Part shown: in pieces, positions 30,757 to 42,104 of the stretch | Layout: each line of letters starts with the position of its first letter | Position numbering within the stretch: position 1 is the first letter of the stretch | From: an uncultured Planctomycetaceae bacterium | GTDB taxonomy: Bacteria; Planctomycetota; Planctomycetia; Isosphaerales; Isosphaeraceae | NCBI GenBank assembly: GCA_963833985.1 | Contig: CAWIAD010000002.1 | Span: 4,608,001-4,672,000 of the forward strand | DNA: 64,000 bases | Direction of reading: 5' to 3' | Translations under genes and position numbers: made by a program | The notes under the pieces: generated by a model | The model's database searches: none | What the model was told of the DNA's origin: nothing | The model's input: only the letters and a program-made list of their open reading frames with translations

Positions 30757-30955
30757 GGAGGTTGCGGCACCAGGGCGGGGTCGTTCGGACCCGCCCGGAA
30801 CTCTTGCGGCGCGAACGGGCTCTGCCGGGGCACGGCGAGCACTCACGACGGGGTGAATACCGTGAGCCCCATTGTCCCGGAGGAACGTTCCGGCGGCAAC
30901 CCGGGAGCGCGGGAGTCGCCGGGATCGAGGTCAGGAGACGACGCCCGCATCCATT

Positions 30956-31561
30956 TCAGCGGATGAACCGTCCCGGTGCAGTTCGCATCGTCGCGGAGAC
31001 GCGCCTGCGCCGCCAGAGCGCGCACCCGGCCACACCTCCCAGCCCGAGCGAAAGCAGAAGCAGCGAGGCGGGCTCGGGAACGACCATGATCTGCCCCCGG
31101 ATCTCTCCCATGGGAAAAGCGACGGTGTGGATGTTGAAGTAGGTGTCGCCCGCCTCGATGGCGCTGACGGCCTGAGCGAAGGTTGTGATGCCGTTGCCGG
31201 CGTCAGGCAGCAGGTCGGCCGCGGTGAGCGTGGTCGAGAACGCGCCCGATATGACCCCGGTCGGGAAGTTCAGGAACGGGAAGAGGATGGGGCCCGAGGT
31301 GCCGGCAGGCCCGAAGTGAATGTGGGCCGGTCCGGGCACGCCAGTGGGAGTTGCCACGGGGGATGTCAGACCGGAGAAACTCAGCGTGATGCTGAGCGTG
31401 TCGAGTGTCGAGTTGAACTCGACCGTACCGAATCCGGTTCCCGTCGACGGCGATTCCCCATCGCCGCTGAGCGTGGCCGTGGCGATGAAATCGCTTCGGG
31501 CTGACGAGTTCAAGGCCAGCAGGAACGCCAGAGAGACTGCACCGAGCCATGCGCGAGACAT
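30956..31561 (-). CDS. CHRD-domain PEP-CTERM protein
   Basis: Signal peptide; AHIH, YFNIHT..FP.GEIRGQ; VPEPAS-TM-RRRR. Confidence 0.88.
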   Translation of the reverse strand: MSRAWLGAVSLAFLLALNSSARSDFIATATLSGDGESPSTGTGFGTVEFNSTLDTLSITLSFSGLTSPVATPTGVPGPAHIHFGPAGTSGPILFPFLNFPTGVISGAFSTTLTAADLLPDAGNGITTFAQAVSAIEAGDTYFNIHTVAFPMGEIRGQIMVVPEPASLLLLSLGLGGVAGCALWRRRRVSATMRTAPGRFIR

Positions 31562-32314
31562 GAGAAGTTCTCCATGTTCCAGTCGTGACGGTCGAATGAC
31601 CGTGGTACGGGCCGATGGCGCGGGCGGTCGCAATGGCCTTGGTGATGCGAAGACTTACATTCGGGTCATGATCGATTGTCAAGGGCAACAGAAGCACGCG
31701 GTGGCTGAATTGCTCTTCACTCTTCTCCGCGCCTTCCGGGCCGCAGTTACCATAGCAAAACGCCGGCCGCTGTTTCAATCGACTGTATTTATATCTTGAG
31801 AATTTTTCATGATGTACCCGGGTGGCACGCACCACGTTCGCGGGGGCACCCCTGGGACCATCGGGGTTGTGTTGCGGCCCGTGCTTCGTCGCATCGCTCG
31901 CCAGCCGGGATCATTGGCTTGCATGCTCACGCTGGCGGGGTTCCTGACCATCGCTTGCTGGGTTGGCGTAACTCTGGCTTTTGGTCGGGCAGACGCCCCG
32001 AGCCGGACTGGATCGATCGGGCTGGCCGCACCATGGGCTGGCTTTGGATCATTCTCGTGCCCGTGATCTGGCTCCATTGTTACTGCATCTGAACGACTTG
32101 CCCGGCGACAAGACCGGTCGAGCGACAGCAAACGCAATGGAATGCTGATATCAGAGCATGAGCGATCTCGCATGTTCACAATGCGCGGCTCAAGTCGCCA
32201 GTGCATTGAGAGATCCCCCGGCTTGTGCCATTCTGGGTGAAGAGGTCCCACCCGCTGGTCATTCACCATACCTGGTTTTGCCCTCCCTCCCTCGATCGCC
32301 GGAGGACTCGTGCT

Positions 32315-34645
32315 ATGAGGCATGAAACACTGAGAAAAATCGTCATTTTCGCGGTGGCCGCCTGGTTCTGGCCTGCGTTCACCAGAGCGCAGGTCGGGGC
32401 TGGCCCAGGCGCGGCGAGTGGCGCAGGACACCTGAGCGACCATCGCCCGTTGCAGGTTCGCGGCGTCACGCTCAGCGCGCGAACCGTGTCCATCGACGAG
32501 CCCGTTGAGCTGACCGCCGACGTTGCCGCAACCTACGACAACCCGTTCGATCCGGGCCAGATCGCTGTGGATGCCGAGGTGACCACAGGTGACGGCAAGA
32601 CGCTCACCGTGCCTGGCTTCTTCGACGTTCGCATGCGGGCCGAAACGGCGGCGGGTCGTGAAAGCCTGGTGCCGGCTGGACCAGCCGTCTTCCGGGTGCG
32701 CTACACGCCCACGCTTCCGGGCAAGCAGAGCGTGGTCCTCACGGTCAGCGACAGCAGCGGCACCGTCCGTTCGTCGCCTCAGGAAATCACGGCCACGCCG
32801 GGCTCCTCCCCCGGGTTCCTCCGCGTCTCTCCGCAATCGCCGCGCTACTTTGCTTTTGACAGCGGCCGGCCCTACTTCGCCGTCGGCGAGAACGTCTGCT
32901 GGTCAGGCTGGCGCACGCCGCTGGCGGACTATGCCGCCTGGTTCAAGGCCCTGGGCGGCGCCGGAGGCAACTGGGCCAGGCTCTGGCTGGCCAACAACGA
33001 GAAGGGGCTGGAGTGGATGCCCCACCCCACGCCCAAGCCGGGCAACGGAGATTTCCTCGGCCTGGGCCGCTACTCCCAGGGCAATGCCTGGCGGCTCGAC
33101 GAGATCGTGCGGCTGTGCGCGAGCACGGCGTCTCTCTCATGTTCTGCCTGGGCACCTACGGCGAGTTCACCGAGGGCGGATACTTCAACGAAGGCATGTG
33201 GGTGAGCAACCCGTACAACGCCAGGAACGGCGGGCCATGTGCCCGGCCGGCCGACTTCTGGACCAATCCCGAGGCGAAGAAGATTTACAAGCATCGGCTC
33301 CGCTACCTGATCGCGCGGTGGGGATACGCGACGAACCTGTTCGCCTGGGAATTCTGGAACGAGGTGCCGGCGAACGCCGCGACCGCGGCCTGGGTGGCCG
33401 AGATGGCGGCGTACCTCAAGCAGCACGACCCGAACCGGCACCTGGTGAGCACGACCTACGGCAACGCGTCCATCTGGAAATGTCCGGACGTCGATTTCAC
33501 CATGACTCATATGTACGGACAGGCGGGCAACACGGCGGATTTTACCGGCCAGATCGTACGCGATGCGCGCCAGGCCCTGCCCTATGAAAAGCCTTACTTG
33601 CTGGCCGAGTTCGGCATCGACTGGCAGACCGGCGACGAGCGCTGGGACCGCAAGCACACGGGCCTGAACATGCACAACGGCGCCTGGGCCTCCATGATGA
33701 GTGGCGCTGCCGGCACGGCCATGCTCTGGTACTGGGACAGCTACGTCCATCCGGGCCGTGTGTACCATATCTTGACCCCCGTGCGCAAGTTCGCAGATAC
33801 CGTCGACTGGTCGAAAACGCGCTTCCGCCCGATCTCCGGCTTGCGCCGAGCAGGCCGGCATCGAGGCAGAAACCTTCACAGAACTGGCCGTTCCCGCGAC
33901 CGTGCAGTGGGGCCACTCGGGTTCCGGAGAATACACCGTCGCTCGGGACGGCACGGTGCAAGGCGGGCCGGTGGCGATGACCATCGGCAGTCCGCTGCGG
34001 GGCAACCCGGGAGAGCTTTCGACGCGGCTCAAGTGGCATGTCGATCTGCCTGGACCGGAGACCCTGACCGCGCGACTGGGCGAGGTTTGCTCGCAAGCCA
34101 GGCTGCGGATCAGCGTGGACGGCCACATCCGCATCGACCGCAAGCTCACCGCGGGAGAGCCCGGAAAAGGACCCTGGAAGTCCGCCCATCGCCTCGCGCA
34201 ATGGAACGTCTGGGTGAGCGATTACGACGAGGATGTCGCCATCGAAGTCCCCGCCGGCCGGCATACCATCCAGTTCGCGAATGTCGAGGGAGACTGGCTC
34301 CAGGTTCGGTCGCTCCGTCTGCCGCGTTACCGGTCCAGCCGCTTCCCGGCCGTTGACGTCCTGGGCCTGGGCAGCGAGGGTCAGATCTTGCTCTGGATCC
34401 ACAACCAGGAAAGCACCTGGCGCACCGAGTACGACGGCAAGGTGCCTTCGGAACTGAAGAACGTCCAGGTGCGCGTGCCGGCGGCCGGCGAAACCTGGCA
34501 CGTCGAATGGTGGAATACGACCAGCGGGCAGGTGATCCGCAACGATACAGCGACCGCAACAAACGGCGTGCTCATGCTGGCCGTTCCCGACTTCCGATCC
34601 GACCTGGCGGCCCGGGTTTCTCGTGTCGATGCGGCCCGGAGGTAA
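32315..34645 (+). CDS. Secreted DUF5060-domain GH-A-type glycoside hydrolase (frameshifts near 33118 and 33845)
   Basis: YDNPFDP Ig-like domain, RYLIARWG, WEFWNE, AEFG, MLWYWD; continues across three frames. Confidence 0.7.
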
Positions 34646-34711
34646 GCGACGCAACGGCTCGCTGCTGCTGCTGTGGTCGCTGCCGCGAGCCCCGAGCGGC
34701 CGCCAGAGGCG

Positions 34712-36187
34712 TCACTCCGCCAGGGTCACAGGTCCCTGGTCGGTCATGAGCCGCACGGGGCCCTTGAGCTCGGCGACGGCCCTGGCGAACTGGGGCGGAT
34801 TGTTCACAGGAGTCCGGTCGACCTGAAGAATGACCTGGAACTTCTTCAGGCCCGCCCGGGCGGCCGGGGTGTCGTCGAGCACCTCGGTGACGAGCACTCC
34901 CCCGGGCAAGTGCTCGGCGAACGGCGGGCCCGGGCGCGGGCGCTCACGGTGCTGAGGTAGTCCACCCGGATGCCGCGCCAGGGGGCGGGCTTGTTGGTGG
35001 CGATCAGGTCGCCGTCCACCGGGTACTTCGCCAGGTTCACCGTCTTCGTCATCTCCCGCCCGGCACGGCGGATCTTGAGCCGGACCTCCTCACCGGGCGG
35101 CGTACGAGTTGATGGCCAGCACGAGCGTCTCGAAATCGGTCACCTGCGTGTCGTTGACCGAGAGGATCTCGTCGTTGGCCTGCAACTGCCCCTGGTCCGC
35201 CGGGGAATTGGGCGTGACGGCCTCGACCCGGTTGGTGCTGGAAAGGTGAGCATGAATGCCCAGCAACCCGTACTCGACCTCCTTGCCCTGCTTCAAGGTC
35301 TCGACGGCCCGGCGGCCAATGCGGTCCATGGGAATGGCATAGCCGGCCATCGCGTCGAAGCCGGCCGGGCTGGCGGCCATCGTGGTCAGACCCACCAGCT
35401 CGCCCTTCATGTTCACCACGGCCCCTCCGCTCATGCCCAGGTTCAGCTTGGCGTCCAGTTGCAGCAGCGTGGGATAATTGGGGAAGCTGAGCCGGCGGGA
35501 AAGCATCACCATCTCATCATAGTCGGGCGGGACCTTGCGGGCGATGTTCGAGAGGATGCCCAGGCTGGCCGAGGGCTTACCATCCTGTGCCGCGTTGAAC
35601 GGATTGCCGAGCGCGATCAGGAAGGCCCCTTTCCGGAGAACGGTGGCGTCGCCCAGTGCCAGCGGCTTGAGCCGCGGACCGGGGACTCCGGGAATGGCGA
35701 CCGGCACGATCACGGCCAGGTCGATGCGCGGGTCGGCGGCGATGATCTCGGCTTCGAACTGCTGCCGCTCGGTCGCGCGGACGACAATCAGGGTGGCTCC
35801 CTTCACCACGTGGTAGGCCGTGAGGATCTGGCCCTCCTGGCCCACGACGACGCCCGATCCGAAGTCGAACGAGATCTGGTCGGTGAGCTCGCCGTCGCGC
35901 GCAAAGCGCGAACGAGCGGAGCGCGGATCAAAGAGCTGCGGCCGGGGCTTGCCGCGGACCGCGAGGGTCTCCTGGGGATTCTCTCCCTTGGTCCGGTGGA
36001 TGGCGACGACCGACGGCTCGGCTTTGGCAATCGCGTCCCCCACGACCGTCTCGAGCGCCGAGACCACGTCAATGGGGGCAGGAGGCTGGCCTTGTGCCGC
36101 CTGAGGACCGGGACTGCCGCTTGCCGCCCCGGCGGGCGGATCGAGCATCGCAAGCGGCAGGCAAGCCAGTAGCAGATAGCCAGTCAT
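34712..36187 (-). CDS. HtrA/DegP-like serine protease with two PDZ domains (frameshifts near 35092 and 34915)
   Basis: GSGVV, LTAYHVV, DLAVI, GNPF, LNLGMSGG; PDZ motifs SPADQGQL and TPAARAGL. Confidence 0.8.
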
Positions 36188-37524
36188 CAGTGCACCCCTG
36201 TGGGTCAATCCGCGGAAGTTCTGATTTCATCATTCCCGGTTCTGCCCTCCGGGAGCAACCCGAGATTCCCGCACCCTCCCTCTGGCCAGGAAGCAAGCCC
36301 GCGCGCCGGAGGACACCCCGCCCCGTTTCATGCTGCCGCCGGTGCCAGCCGTCGGGCGCTCGCCCCACGCGCGGTCCCGTCATGGCCAACCCCCCGAATC
36401 CGTCCCGGCCGAAATTGGGTTCGATCTCCGTCCGCGGATCCGAAGCCAGTCGACGTTAGTCATTTTCCTGCTGGCATTTCGAGAGAGAATCATCGGCTTC
36501 GTTTGGGAACATGACCTGCAACTGTCGCGTACTTCCGCTGTCTTTGACTCGCACACCGCCGGGCAAGCCTGTCGACGTTCGACCGGGCGCTCCCAGCCGT
36601 CCACGGCTTTCGCTTCCGTCAGCCGGCCCCTCGTGCCCTGGCCGGTGCAAATGGGTTCGTTCTGGGCATCGCCGGAGCAAAGCCATCGGACGCTAACCAC
36701 TGCCGCAGAATAAGTTAGATACCGTTTTTTCGGTTTTTCATTGGCTTCGCAAGGAATCCTTTTTTCATCCCGCCCGTCCGCAGATCGCCCTGTACCAGGT
36801 CGAGCCAGGGAGTGGCCCGCCGCGCGCCGTCAGGCTCCGACGGCGCACGGTCTCCTCACAACCGACCGAATTGTCAAGGAGCCTGCGCTGCACCGTCATG
36901 GACAGTCTACGGTACAAATACCGCAAATCTCGCGAACCACCACGCGGTTTGTTGTCCCGTTGGGGAGTTCAGCCCCTCTCTCCCGGCGACCCCCGCGCTG
37001 GCTCCCCTGACTCGATCCAGGGGGATCTCGACTCCTCCGGCGGCGCGGCCCGGCGCACTGTACGCGCGAGCTGCTGGAACGGCTCGGAGCGCGGTTCAGA
37101 CCGGACTCGTAGTCTGCGGAACGGCCGACGTGCTCGACCTGACCGTGAACGGGGTCCTGACCGTACGGTGTATCGAGTGCGGAGACGACCCTCCATTCAC
37201 GGCGCAGGCCTCGCCACCGGTGCGTCGTCGCTCCGCTTGACGCACCCTACCGCTTGGTACCGGCGGTCGGGGCGTATGGCCACGTGCGTGAGCACGTGGT
37301 TTTCACGGGCGCAGCCCCCAACCTCGGGCGTGAGCCCGACCAGCATCACGGCGCATCGCGCCGCATCGTGCTCATCCCCACGACCGCGTCGTCGTCACGT
37401 CGCCCCGCCGCGCACCCGCCCAGGTTCGCCAGGTGATGGCGCCCCAACCGCCCGGCTATCTCCCGCAGCCCTTCCCGGCTCGCCGCAAGGAAGACTGCAT
37501 GGCCCGTCCCTGGCCAGCACACGA

Positions 37525-37663
37525 CATCCCTCGCCGCCGAGGAAGTCTTTCCTCTCGATGTCGCCGCGGCCGAACTGGCGGGCCGCATCACCGCGATCTC
37601 GAACGCAGCGGTCAGCCGATCGGCCGGGCGGACCCCATGATCGCGGCAGTCGCCTTACCGTGA
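37525..37663 (+). pseudogene. VapC/PIN toxin remnant
   Basis: EEVFPLDVAAAELAGRIT, frameshift, then DLERSGQPIGRADPMIAAVAL-P-stop; N-terminal half and antitoxin absent. Confidence 0.65.
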
Positions 37664-37762
37664 TTGCCGAAGAGCGCGGCGACCGCGGCGAAGGCGTGCT
37701 GCGTCTGGACCCGGGTCTTCGCCGGCCGAAAATGAAAGGGCCAGGGGGGACGCTCCTGCCTG

Positions 37763-37791
37763 TTGACAGCCTCGCCATGGCGTCTGATAGT
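37763..37791 (+). promoter_or_regulatory. Putative sigma70 promoter of the exbB operon
   Basis: TTGACA-N17-GATAGT. Confidence 0.45.
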
Positions 37792-37966
37792 GAATGAGTT
37801 AGAGCCATGCGAACCAGGGCGAGCGGCTGACTGGTCCAGCACTGCACCATGCTGCGCGAGGGACCCGGGTCACCGCATGACGTTCGCCCCGTAAATCGAG
37901 ACGGAAGCTGGATCTTCTGCCCGACTGACCAAAAACCTTGAGCGATCTTCGCGGGAGCTCTTTTCC

Positions 37967-38872
37967 ATGCGGCAGCCTTGGGTTCTTCGTCCCGCCGGGA
38001 CGGTGGGCGGAACGCGGCTTCTGTTCCTGGTCGTCATCGGTTTTCTGATCTGTATGGCCTGGGGACAGACCTCCGGCGCCCGCGCCCAGGATGCCGCCAA
38101 GAATGACGAGCCGCCGGCCGCCAAGACCGAACCGGCCCCCGCGCCGGCCGAGCCGGCCGACGCTGCTCCGGCCGCCCGGACTCCGGCCGCGTCCAGCACC
38201 GGCAGCGACGAGGGATCGAAGCCAGCGGCCCGGGAGAACATGCTCCAGTGGGCCATCCGAGCGTCCGGCCCGATCGGCCTGTTCCTGCTCTGCCTGTCGG
38301 TCTACTTCACCGCCCTGGTGATCCGTCTTTTCATGGAGTTCCGGGTGAGCGAGGCCGTGCCCGCGCCGCTCGTCGAGAAGCTCGAGGCCGCCATCCGCGA
38401 CAAGAGGTTCCAGGAAGCCTACGACGTCTGCAAGGATAGCGATTCATTCCTGGCCCGGCTGGTGCGGACAGGCATCGCCAACCTGCCCAACGGGCGGAAC
38501 GAGGCCAAGGAAGCCATGATGGCCATGAGCGACGAGATCGTGACCGGACTGGAAATGAGGATCAGCTACCTGGCCACGATCGGTACGCTGGGACCGATGA
38601 TCGGCCTGGTCGGCACCGTCTGGGGCATGATCATGAGCTTCCAGACGATCGCCACCGCCGGCGGCGAACAGCCCCGGCCGGAGAAGGTGGCCGAGGGCAT
38701 CTCCACCGCGCTGTTCATCACGCTGGAAGGGATCACCCTGTCGGTACCGGCGATCTTCTTCTTCGCCTTCTTCCGCAACCGCATCTCGCAGATGACCATG
38801 GAAGCCAACCGGGTTGCGGACCGGACCATCAACTCCCTGGTCGCGGCCGCCAAGACGTCCAAGCCCGCCTGA
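37967..38872 (+). CDS. MotA/TolQ/ExbB proton channel protein
   Basis: LATIGTLGPMIGLVGTVWGMI, GISTALFIT. Confidence 0.92.
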   Translation: MRQPWVLRPAGTVGGTRLLFLVVIGFLICMAWGQTSGARAQDAAKNDEPPAAKTEPAPAPAEPADAAPAARTPAASSTGSDEGSKPAARENMLQWAIRASGPIGLFLLCLSVYFTALVIRLFMEFRVSEAVPAPLVEKLEAAIRDKRFQEAYDVCKDSDSFLARLVRTGIANLPNGRNEAKEAMMAMSDEIVTGLEMRISYLATIGTLGPMIGLVGTVWGMIMSFQTIATAGGEQPRPEKVAEGISTALFITLEGITLSVPAIFFFAFFRNRISQMTMEANRVADRTINSLVAAAKTSKPA

Positions 38873-38901
38873 ATCGACCAGGCTTCCCGGGAGCAGCAAA
38901 C

Positions 38902-39372
38902 ATGGCCGGATCCGTGACCGGAGACGTGCGTGCCGAGCCGAACTTGACTCCCCTGCTGGACGTCGTCTTCCAGCTCATCACGTTCTTCATGCTGGTGATC
39001 AACTTCACGTCCGATAATTACGACCAGCGGGTGCACCTGCCGGTCGCCGGCTCGGCCCGGCCGATCGAGGACACCCAGCGCGTTTCCGAGGACCGGATCG
39101 TCCTGAACGTCGACGCGCAGGGGCACCTCCTGGTCGGCGGCCAGGTGCAGCCCGTCGTCGAGGCCCTGCAAACCATCAAGCACCAGGCCGACCTGGTGCG
39201 GCTGAACCTGCGTGCGGCCGGCCAGAAGATCGATCCGGTCGCCGGCCTGCCCACGACGGTCGTCTTCCGCGCCGATAAGGACGCGACCTTCGCCTCGGTC
39301 ATGACGCTGATCAACGCCTGCCAGGCCCAGGGCTTCCGCAAGTTTGCCTTGAAGGCAATGACGAGCGTGTGA
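38902..39372 (+). CDS. ExbD/TolR family protein
   Basis: NLTPLLDVVFQLITFFML; VFRADKD. Confidence 0.92.
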   Translation: MAGSVTGDVRAEPNLTPLLDVVFQLITFFMLVINFTSDNYDQRVHLPVAGSARPIEDTQRVSEDRIVLNVDAQGHLLVGGQVQPVVEALQTIKHQADLVRLNLRAAGQKIDPVAGLPTTVVFRADKDATFASVMTLINACQAQGFRKFALKAMTSV

Positions 39373-39420
39373 GCACCGGCCGGCCGGTGGCGGTGACTGA
39401 ACGGCCAGCCGCGGAAAGGA

Positions 39421-39939
39421 ATGCGAAGTGCAGAGGAAAAAGAAGAAGCCGGAGCCCGAAGGACCCAACGTGCCGATCGCGCCGATGCTGGACATGGCGT
39501 TTCAGCTCCTGACGTTCTTCGTGCTCACGTACCACGCCGCGCCCACGGAAGGCCAGTTCGTGATGAGCCTCTTGCCTCCCCAGCCGGCCACGGCAATGGC
39601 CGCGGCGCCGGCGGCGAAGGAGGCGGCGGCCGCTAGCGAGCTGCCGGCGTCCCTGCGCACCTTGCCGACAACGCTCAAGGCCGGCGACGGCGGCAGGCTG
39701 GCCCGGATCGTCATCGAACAGAACGAGGTACCCAACGATCCCCATGCCCTCGAAGAGGCGCTCGGCCGGTACTTGCAGGACCCCGATCTGCCGTTCGACC
39801 AGACGCTCATCAAGGTGGACCCGAACCTGCGGTACTCGGAGCTGATGGTCGTCATCAACGCCTTCTCCAATGCGTTCGTCAAGGCGCCAAGGACCCCAAG
39901 CTCAGCTTCATGGAGCTTCCCCCGGGCGAGGGAGAGTGA
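39421..39939 (+). CDS. Second ExbD/TolR family protein (frameshift near 39888; start 39421 or 39428)
   Basis: PIAPMLDMAFQLLTFFVL; shifted frame ends KDPKLSFMELPPGEGE-stop. Confidence 0.85.
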
Positions 39940-39942
39940 GGC

Positions 39943-40850
39943 GTGGAACCCATCCAGACCCCGAGCCGCCGTTTCTTCCTCGGATCCGAATTTCCTCTGC
40001 TGCTCCTGCTGGCTGCGGTCATGGTCGGCGGCTGGGCCCTGGTCTGGCAATACGTTCACCAGAAGCCGACGCCGGAAGAGCCGGTCGCCCAGGCCGAGCC
40101 GCACCCGCAACCCGTCGTGGCCGACCATGCGGAGGCGTTCGAGACGGTCACCGACCGCACACCGATGACCTTTCGCGATAACGCCGCCTACGCTTACCTG
40201 CTGGACAAGGCACGCGACCGGACACCCTCGGAGCTGGCCCGGCAGAGCCGGCGGGACATCCTGCTGACCCATCTCTGGGAGCGGCCCGAGCTGTACCGCG
40301 GAGTGCCGGTTCACCTCCTCGGCACGGCCCGGCGCGTGCTGCGGTTCGAGTCGAAGCTGAGCCGTACGGGCTGGCTGTACGAGGCCTGGATCGTCTCGCC
40401 CGACGCTCCCAGGTACCCGTATAGCTGTGTCTTCGAGCAGGCGCCGGAGGGTTCCCCCTGGGCGCCGATGTCTCCGAGCGCGTGGTGTTCAACGGCTACT
40501 TCCTGAAGATCATGAAGTACCAGGCGGGCGACGTCCCGCGCGGAGCGCCAGTGCTCATCGGCCGGATTGGCTGGGAGCCGCACCCGGAAGCCGACAGCGG
40601 CAAGGGCGGCGGGGCGGGCGCCGCAGGCGCGAATTCCTGGCGTGACCAGTTCCTGGCCATCCTTGGCTTCATGTTCGTCGTCACGCTGGGACGCTGGTTG
40701 TACCAGCTCCGGCTCTCGATGCGCGGTCCGCACTCCGGTCGATCTCCCTCTCCCCACCATCCCACCGAGGAGATCCTGCCCGGGGATCTCCAGGCCTGGG
40801 CGAAGGCTCAGACCGAGACTCCCGGGGGAGAGCCCGAGGGCGAAAGCTAG
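39943..40850 (+). CDS. Hypothetical membrane-anchored protein (frameshift near 40455)
   Basis: N- and C-terminal TM helices; ORFs 39943..40506 and 40482..40850 join into one coherent protein. Confidence 0.65.
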
Positions 40851-40924
40851 CCTGCACCCGCACGGCGCAGGCCGCACCCGGCGAAGGGGTGTGCCTGGCT
40901 GCCCGGTGGCGGCCCCTGCTCTGT

Positions 40925-41929
40925 TCAGTCCTTGCGCGGCAGCGCCAGCTTGACCAGCAGCTCTTCGAGCACCACCCGGGGCTCCAGCGGGCTGCCGCCC
41001 TTGAGGTCGAGATCCGCCTTGAGCAGCATGGCGGGTAACTCGTCCACGCGCGACGGCCCCAGATGCGCGTGCTGCCGGCGCGTCTTCTCCGCGGCATATT
41101 CACGGATGCCGGCAATCCGGCACGCCTCGTCAAGGCTCACCCGGAAAGCGCGCAGTCGGCCGGCGTGATGCAGCTTCAGGAGAGACGTGGTCAGCGCGGC
41201 TAGCACCCGCACCGGGAACTCGCCGGCGGCGAGCAACTGGTCCAGGTCGGCGATCGCCTCGGCGGCGTGGCCGGTGGTGGCGGCGTCCAGCACTTTCCAG
41301 ACCGTCTCGATCCGGCCCGCCTCGACCATCCGCGCCACGTCCGCGCGGCGGATCCTGCGTGCCTCCCCCACGTAGACAGCCAGCTTCTCGACCTCGCTAG
41401 CCAGCAAGCCCACCTCGGGCCCGACCAGCTCGAGCAGCAGCCGGGCGGCGTCGCTATCAAGCTGGGCCTCGTGCCGCGACGCATGCTGGAGAAGCCAGGG
41501 AACCAGCTCCTTCTCGGCAGGGCTGTTGCAGTCCAGGGCCAGGCCCTCCGCAGCGATCAGGCGGGCCAGGTTCGTGGTCGCGGGCAACGTCTTGACCAGC
41601 AGCACCAGCACGCCGGCGGCGCCGGGTGCGGCCACATAGGCCTCCAGCTCCTTGCGGTTCCTGGTCACGAACGGGTCCGCATCGGCCACCACCACGACGC
41701 GCCGCTTCGAGAAGAAGGGGAGCATCCGGACCTCGTCCATCACGTCGGCGAGACTCGCCGCATTGCCATCCAAGCGGCTCACGGCCAGCTCGTCCGCATT
41801 CGACCCGAGAATCACGCGAACCACCGCCGCGGTCGCCTCACGCCGCAGGTAGACGTCGTCGCCGTAAACCGCGTAGACCGCCCTGGGCGGAGTCGCTTCA
41901 GGATCCCGCAAGAATTCTAATGCACGCAT
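40925..41929 (-). CDS. holA: DNA polymerase III delta subunit
   Basis: VYAVYGDDVYL, LPFFSKRRVVVV, EVEKLAVY, ADLDLKGG; 334 aa. Confidence 0.88.
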   Translation of the reverse strand: MRALEFLRDPEATPPRAVYAVYGDDVYLRREATAAVVRVILGSNADELAVSRLDGNAASLADVMDEVRMLPFFSKRRVVVVADADPFVTRNRKELEAYVAAPGAAGVLVLLVKTLPATTNLARLIAAEGLALDCNSPAEKELVPWLLQHASRHEAQLDSDAARLLLELVGPEVGLLASEVEKLAVYVGEARRIRRADVARMVEAGRIETVWKVLDAATTGHAAEAIADLDQLLAAGEFPVRVLAALTTSLLKLHHAGRLRAFRVSLDEACRIAGIREYAAEKTRRQHAHLGPSRVDELPAMLLKADLDLKGGSPLEPRVVLEELLVKLALPRKD

Positions 41930-42042
41930 GCTCGCGACCTCTGGCTCAGTCCCCGCAACGGCCGTTTCAGTCTACTCACTTTGCCGACTCGCCCCCATGA
42001 AACCTCTGTTTTTTTTCGATGCCTCTTGACCGGGTGCACGCA

Positions 42043-42081
42043 TTTCATACAGTTGATTGAAACGCTTGTTTGAAACAACTG
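42043..42081 (+). promoter_or_regulatory. Probable TetR operator array (three 13-bp units)
   Basis: TTTCATACAGTTG/ATTGAAACGCTTG/TTTGAAACAACTG, containing GAAAC-N4-GTTTG; directly upstream of a TetR gene. Confidence 0.6.
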
Positions 42082-42104
42082 TTTTGACCCGTTTGCAAGG
42101 TGGC

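Noticed and set aside
28573..30966. 797-aa plus-strand ORF and other long antisense ORFs (e.g. 1645..3429, 4235..5947, 48714..50219)
   Set aside because: Shadow frames of well-supported genes, as expected in high-GC DNA; no recognisable motifs.
31809..32066. 85-aa ORF with a hydrophobic stretch
   Set aside because: No clear RBS or motif and atypical codon usage; lies in a divergent promoter region.
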